Virus record (IMG/VR): IMGVR_UViG_3300046005_000547
Location: 124,001 to 188,000 of that record
Length of the DNA: 64,000 nucleotides
Reading direction: 5' to 3' (one strand)
Shown: positions 59,424 through 64,000 of the stretch, piece after piece
How positions within the stretch are numbered: position 1 is the stretch's first letter
Layout of the letters: every line of letters starts with the position of its first letter
Notes under the pieces: generated by a model
Seen by the model: the letters and a program-made list of their open reading frames with translations, nothing else
Database searches by the model: none
Told to the model about the DNA's origin: nothing
Position numbers and translations under genes: made by a program

Positions 59424-60356
59424 CTAACGATGCGCAGATAATCTCGCAGATTCAATTTTCTTGATTTTTGGTAACAATTTATTTGCCAATTTTGTGATAG
59501 TTGCTCGTTTCTTCTGAACCATCTTTTCCAATCTTTCTTTTTCAGGAATCGATAATGTATTCAGAGGTTTCTTAGCCATTTTTGTTTTAAACGCAATAAT
59601 GGCAGCATGTCTTGCTCTGGAAGCAATTTTAGCTGGAGATGATTTTGTATGTAATGCCAATTTCATTTTAGCGGTTCGTTTCGATTGAGATTGATGAAAT
59701 TTAACAGCCATTTTCAATCGAGCCATTCTACTTAACATTTCATCAAGACGTTCCACAGATTCATTAGTTGGTACATAAGGATCTACAATACCTGGATGAA
59801 TATACCCCATATGATTATCTTCATCATCAACAATATGTAATTCATCGTCGTCATATACATCCATACCAATTAAATCTTCTAAATCTCCGATACTGTCGTA
59901 AATATCATCAACAACATCATCGTTAATTCCAATTAAATTCCCGAAAATATCTTCTGTTGTTGTATCGTCTTCTAAATCATATTCTAATTCTTCAACTTTA
60001 CCGTCATTGTCGATATCTCCATCAATCTTACCATCTTTATTCTTATCTTGTAAATGATCTGGAATATCATCATCATTGAAATCTGTATAAGATTTTCTTG
60101 GTACATTATATAATGAATCCATTGTACCACTAGATGTGGCTTCATTTACTCGTTTTCTTAATTCTTTGAATGTTTGCATTGGTTTAACCGATTCTGATAC
60201 TGTTGAAATAATGACATTCGATGCCGTCTTTTTAAGAGCATCGGGGATTGTCTTGTCGTCTTTTAATCTTACCATCATTTTCTTCTTAAAATCTTTATCT
60301 TTTGGATTTAAGTCAAATGTATCGGCAAGCATCTGTAATAATTGTTCGTCTTTCAT
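59424..60356 (-). CDS. Acidic/basic bipartite protein, possible head-internal
   Basis: Internal MQTFKELRKRVNE; D-rich middle with EF-hand-like DKNKDGKID; K/R-rich C-terminus. Confidence 0.65.
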   Translation of the reverse strand: MKDEQLLQMLADTFDLNPKDKDFKKKMMVRLKDDKTIPDALKKTASNVIISTVSESVKPMQTFKELRKRVNEATSSGTMDSLYNVPRKSYTDFNDDDIPDHLQDKNKDGKIDGDIDNDGKVEELEYDLEDDTTTEDIFGNLIGINDDVVDDIYDSIGDLEDLIGMDVYDDDELHIVDDEDNHMGYIHPGIVDPYVPTNESVERLDEMLSRMARLKMAVKFHQSQSKRTAKMKLALHTKSSPAKIASRARHAAIIAFKTKMAKKPLNTLSIPEKERLEKMVQKKRATITKLANKLLPKIKKIESARLSAHR

Positions 60357-60380
60357 GAGATTCCTCTATTCAATATGTTA

Positions 60381-60926
60381 TTATTTATGTATTAAACATT
60401 CCCATATTTCAAGAGCTTCCCTATAATGACATTCATGGGGTAACATTTTATAGAAAGAATTGTAATCATTATTTTCAACATATTCTCTCATTTTAGAACT
60501 GGAATAGGATGACGGTCCAATACCAAATCTTTCACCTCTTGATACAATTTCAACAGATTTGAATTCAAAATAATCTCTTGTATTTAAAAACAAATCGAAT
60601 CGAGTTTTATATTCATCAAATCTATCTTCACCGCATACCACTATTACTTTTTCATATTGATTTTGATGTGCGTAATGTAATAGATTGATTGGTTGTTTTA
60701 CTTTTTTATCATAATCAATCTTAACAAGTCCGTCTGTCCATTTGTTCATCAACAACGATTTAATCTCATATGGTAAAGGATTTTTGTTATTGTCTTCTGT
60801 GTGAGATAAGAACATAGCAGAATCAGCATTGTATTTCTTAGCCAACTCCTTGATTTTAGAAATCAATAAGAAATGTCCTTTATGTGGTGGATTGCATCTG
60901 GCAAATGAACAGACTAATGTTTTCAT
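60381..60926 (-). CDS. Cytidylyltransferase-like HxGH nucleotidyltransferase
   Basis: FARCNPPHKGH, NPLPY..K, CGEDR, SSSKMR. Confidence 0.88.
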   Translation of the reverse strand: MKTLVCSFARCNPPHKGHFLLISKIKELAKKYNADSAMFLSHTEDNNKNPLPYEIKSLLMNKWTDGLVKIDYDKKVKQPINLLHYAHQNQYEKVIVVCGEDRFDEYKTRFDLFLNTRDYFEFKSVEIVSRGERFGIGPSSYSSSKMREYVENNDYNSFYKMLPHECHYREALEIWECLIHK

Positions 60927-61774
60927 TGTTTCATCAACTCCTTAAATTCTAATGTTGTAACTTTATACCATGTATCGTTAATCTTAAACATAATACCTTC
61001 AAACATTTCTCCCATTAAATTGGTTCCGACAACCTGAGATAAAATATATTCAGAAAACAAATCTTTACGTTCTTGTAATACATGTTTGATTGATTCTTTT
61101 TGAACCTTATCTATTTTCTTTCTTGATGTTAAAATTTGTTCAACATTTGGTATGTCCAATACTTTGAACACCCATTCTAATTCTTTCAGAATATTGACAT
61201 TTTTGAATGAGATGAACGGATTAATGAATTTGTAATTATTATTTGATTCCATTAACAAACCATCAATTATTTGTTTTGATTCAGGATGTTCTTCATTATA
61301 CACTGAATCTAAGACAGTGTGTGGGAATAATGTAGCAACTTGCCCCAATAATGGACAAGGATATGCGATATGTACAAATTTGATTGTATTCATTCGCATT
61401 GGAGTCAATCCATTTTTGTACATTAGAACTTCCATACAAACTTCTGTATCACAAGGAATACACAAAAATCCATTCAAATATGAATCAGCCAAATCTCTAT
61501 ACATTTCTGCTCGTTTGATTTGTAAAGGATCTGTAATTCCTTTCAATTCGATATAATCAATGAATTCTTGACCTCTGTAAATTTCACCAGAATTGCTTGT
61601 TTTAACATAAAGTTTTCCTGATAATTCTTTACCAATTCTGAATCCAAATCCATCAATTTTTAACATGACTGGAATATCAGAAAGGATGTCCCCTTTTTGT
61701 TTAATTGTTTTTAACATATTGATGAATTCAATATCTTTCATCTTATGTACATGTTGAACAGATTTTCTAGTCAT
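60923..61774 (-). CDS. ATP-dependent ligase-fold protein (putative)
   Basis: LKIDG (motif I), EVL, FEGIMF (IV), YKV (V). Confidence 0.55.
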   Translation of the reverse strand: MTRKSVQHVHKMKDIEFINMLKTIKQKGDILSDIPVMLKIDGFGFRIGKELSGKLYVKTSNSGEIYRGQEFIDYIELKGITDPLQIKRAEMYRDLADSYLNGFLCIPCDTEVCMEVLMYKNGLTPMRMNTIKFVHIAYPCPLLGQVATLFPHTVLDSVYNEEHPESKQIIDGLLMESNNNYKFINPFISFKNVNILKELEWVFKVLDIPNVEQILTSRKKIDKVQKESIKHVLQERKDLFSEYILSQVVGTNLMGEMFEGIMFKINDTWYKVTTLEFKELMKQ

Positions 61775-62831
61775 TGTTTAATCCTCTTGAATAATAATCA
61801 GATATTATCTTACTATAATTTACATCTAAATCAATATCTAATTTTTCGCATATAAACATCAATCCTGTAACTTTTTCATCATAATCTTTAACAGGATTAT
61901 CTCTTACAATCATCTGAGAGTTGACACTAAACATCCTACCAACATAATCATCTACAATCGATTTAATATGTTCTGGTAGGAATCGTTGAATCAATCTAAT
62001 ACATCCATTGAATGATTTTATTTCATTCTTATACATCAATGATTTTACTCCAAACAATATCTCAAGGATACTATCCAAATCTGTATGGAATATCGATTCA
62101 TCAGATGTCAGTTCATTAAATACAGGAATTCCATTATCAAACAATTCAGTTGGTATGTATCGCCAACGTAATCCTCGTTGAACAGAAAATGCTAATTGAC
62201 TTTTTTCAACAATTTTTGGTTTCTTTGTTTTTCCTGTTAACAATACAATTCGTTCTTTTGTCCTTGAAGCGGCAATAGATTGTAACATGTATTTGTGATG
62301 GAATCCTTTAATGTCTTGAATTATATCATCCCATGAACTAGAATGTGAAAATTTACTCCATTCAGTGGGTTCTCCGTTTTCAAATTCAACCAGTTCAAAA
62401 TCAATCTGAATGTTGAGATTAAATTGATTGAAATGCCATAATGTGATGTATTGACCAGCAGATGTCTTATATCCAATTAGTTTCCATTTTTCAAAATCAA
62501 CATATCCAGTCAGACTATCAAGCATTCTTCTGATTGAATCTTTCGTGTTAATATCAACCATCAAATCAATATCACCAACTGTATCCTTTTTCAATACAAA
62601 TTGATATGTTGGTATATCATCTACGTTGAATAGATGATATGATGAACCAGAAAGGAATTGTTTGGAATTGAATAATGAATCATTCCAAATTTGTCGTTTA
62701 TTGAACGTATTATGTAATTGATTCAATGTTGATAACAATTCATCAACTTCTTGGACTAGGGTATCTCTGTCAACATGTAATAAATCAATCCTGTCTGCTT
62801 TGATACCATCAATTATAACATTTCCACCCAT
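61767..62831 (-). CDS. Pol-beta-like nucleotidyltransferase (putative)
   Basis: MGGN start; LSGSS..GDIDLMVD..QIDFE acidic triad. Confidence 0.65.
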   Translation of the reverse strand: MGGNVIIDGIKADRIDLLHVDRDTLVQEVDELLSTLNQLHNTFNKRQIWNDSLFNSKQFLSGSSYHLFNVDDIPTYQFVLKKDTVGDIDLMVDINTKDSIRRMLDSLTGYVDFEKWKLIGYKTSAGQYITLWHFNQFNLNIQIDFELVEFENGEPTEWSKFSHSSSWDDIIQDIKGFHHKYMLQSIAASRTKERIVLLTGKTKKPKIVEKSQLAFSVQRGLRWRYIPTELFDNGIPVFNELTSDESIFHTDLDSILEILFGVKSLMYKNEIKSFNGCIRLIQRFLPEHIKSIVDDYVGRMFSVNSQMIVRDNPVKDYDEKVTGLMFICEKLDIDLDVNYSKIISDYYSRGLNND

Positions 62832-63687
62832 TAGATTTTACCTTTACGTTCTTCAAATGCATATGACTGTATTTTATCCACTAAATCTGGTCTACGTTTT
62901 TTATAGAATACATCGGTACAACGTTCATCAATCGCAGAGTAAATTTGTTTTATCACATTAAAAGGATCTTCTCCTTTACGGATATGATTTTTTAATATGA
63001 TGTTCAATAACCATTTTTCTAATCTATTCATTTTTAAATACCTGATGGAAGAAACGTTCGTCGGATAATTTGAAACCTAATTCAACGCAATTCAAATATA
63101 CATCTATATCAGAATCAATGATATTGTCATTGGTGTTGACATATTTCATGATTGATTTATACACTGATGTTGAACTTCTGCTACCAGAATAAAATCCAGT
63201 TAACATCTGTTTGAATTGCTTGGAGTTGATATATTCAGAAATTGATAACATTTGAGTTCCTTTAAGATTCATGACGTAAAGAGTTTTTCTTTACTTTACC
63301 AGTTGATGTTAATGAGACATTCCATAAAATACCAGTATCAGAATTGATATGGAACCAGACATATTTCTGAGTTTGGTCAACAATTTTGATTTCATCTGAT
63401 TCCAGTAAATCCGCTTCTTTTTTGATTTGTGTTGTTAAATCAGAAACGGTATTTTCTACATATAAAATTTTAATCAAAGCTGTTTGGATGTGATTGTCAT
63501 CAAGGTATTCATAAAACGTATCAGACAATGTATAATTTTCTAATTTATTGATGTGATGGAAGATTCTCCATGCTTGTTGGACTCTTGATTGGTCAGAAAC
63601 CAAAGACAATGGTAATTTGAACTCTGAGATACCATGCATTTCAATAGCAGTTTTCAACATTGTTTGATGTTCAGATGTCATTTTCAT
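62831..63687 (-). CDS. Three hypothetical genes (62831-63031, 63024-63272, 63262-63687)
   Basis: Overlapping ORFs; GGAGG RBS at ~63696. Confidence 0.6.
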
Positions 63688-63722
63688 TTTTAATTCCTCC
63701 GATATAATTCAACATGAAATCT

Positions 63723-63750
63723 ATTATAATGTTTTTTAGATTCATCGAAA
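63723..63750 (-). promoter_or_regulatory. Early/middle promoter TTTCGA-N16-TATAAT
   Basis: Near-identical ~40 bp to 12334-12375. Confidence 0.78.
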
Positions 63751-63771
63751 GACTTTTCTTTATCTAAAAAG

Positions 63772-63804
63772 AAACCCGATAGAGATTTTCGCTCTATCGG
63801 GTTT
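63772..63804. terminator. Intrinsic terminator
   Basis: AAACCCGATAGAG..CTCTATCGGGTTT. Confidence 0.85.
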
Positions 63805-64000
63805 GGTGTCATGAAATTTTGTAGAACACAGAACTAAAATGATTTTGTTTCTTAGAGGATAAACATAACATCTTTAATGTTTCTCTCATGTTAGTTTGTT
63901 CTAAACAATATAAGAAATGTAATAACACAAGACATCTTTTAATTGTATATTGATTATCAGGTTCTTCAGTTTCCAACGTTTGAATGTCAATGAATACAAA

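Noticed and set aside
1-64000. tRNA genes and inteins in nrdA, recQ or primase
   Set aside because: No cloverleaf with T-loop recognised by eye, and these proteins have no insertion-sized excess length; tRNAscan-SE would be decisive for tRNAs

Overview
AT-rich segment of a large T4-like (Tevenvirinae/Straboviridae-type) myophage genome; host not determinable from sequence. 1-11.9 kb: tail/baseplate module (gp29-like, gp51, gp26, terminase small subunit, gp54, gp2, gp4 on minus; gp48, gp53, gp27 and a two-part gp5 on plus). The rest is mostly minus-strand early/middle genes (C5 MTase, MazG-like, PseT, dCMP deaminase, DenV, RNase H, RecQ, NrdAB, ThyX, primase, many hypotheticals), with plus-strand late/virion cassettes in between. 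The most unusual content is non-coding: (i) two clusters (about 16.1-17.8 kb and 37.9-39.3 kb) of a ~450-bp repeat unit with fixed-spacing conserved blocks, each full unit carrying a minus-strand promoter-like element and most a terminator; (ii) a promoter-led, ~600-nt, heavily base-paired and probably pseudoknotted candidate ncRNA at ~37.0-37.6 kb next to the second cluster. Also notable: orphan C-terminal halves of UvsW and PhoH, a nucleotidyltransferase / ligase-like / HxGH-transferase cluster, a probable nucleotide-sponge (gp49_66) plus RyR gene pair, an rrn-type boxA leader and several proteins with capsid-targeting-like N-termini. No tRNA, rRNA or CRISPR array was seen. All protein calls come from motif recognition by eye, not database searches.
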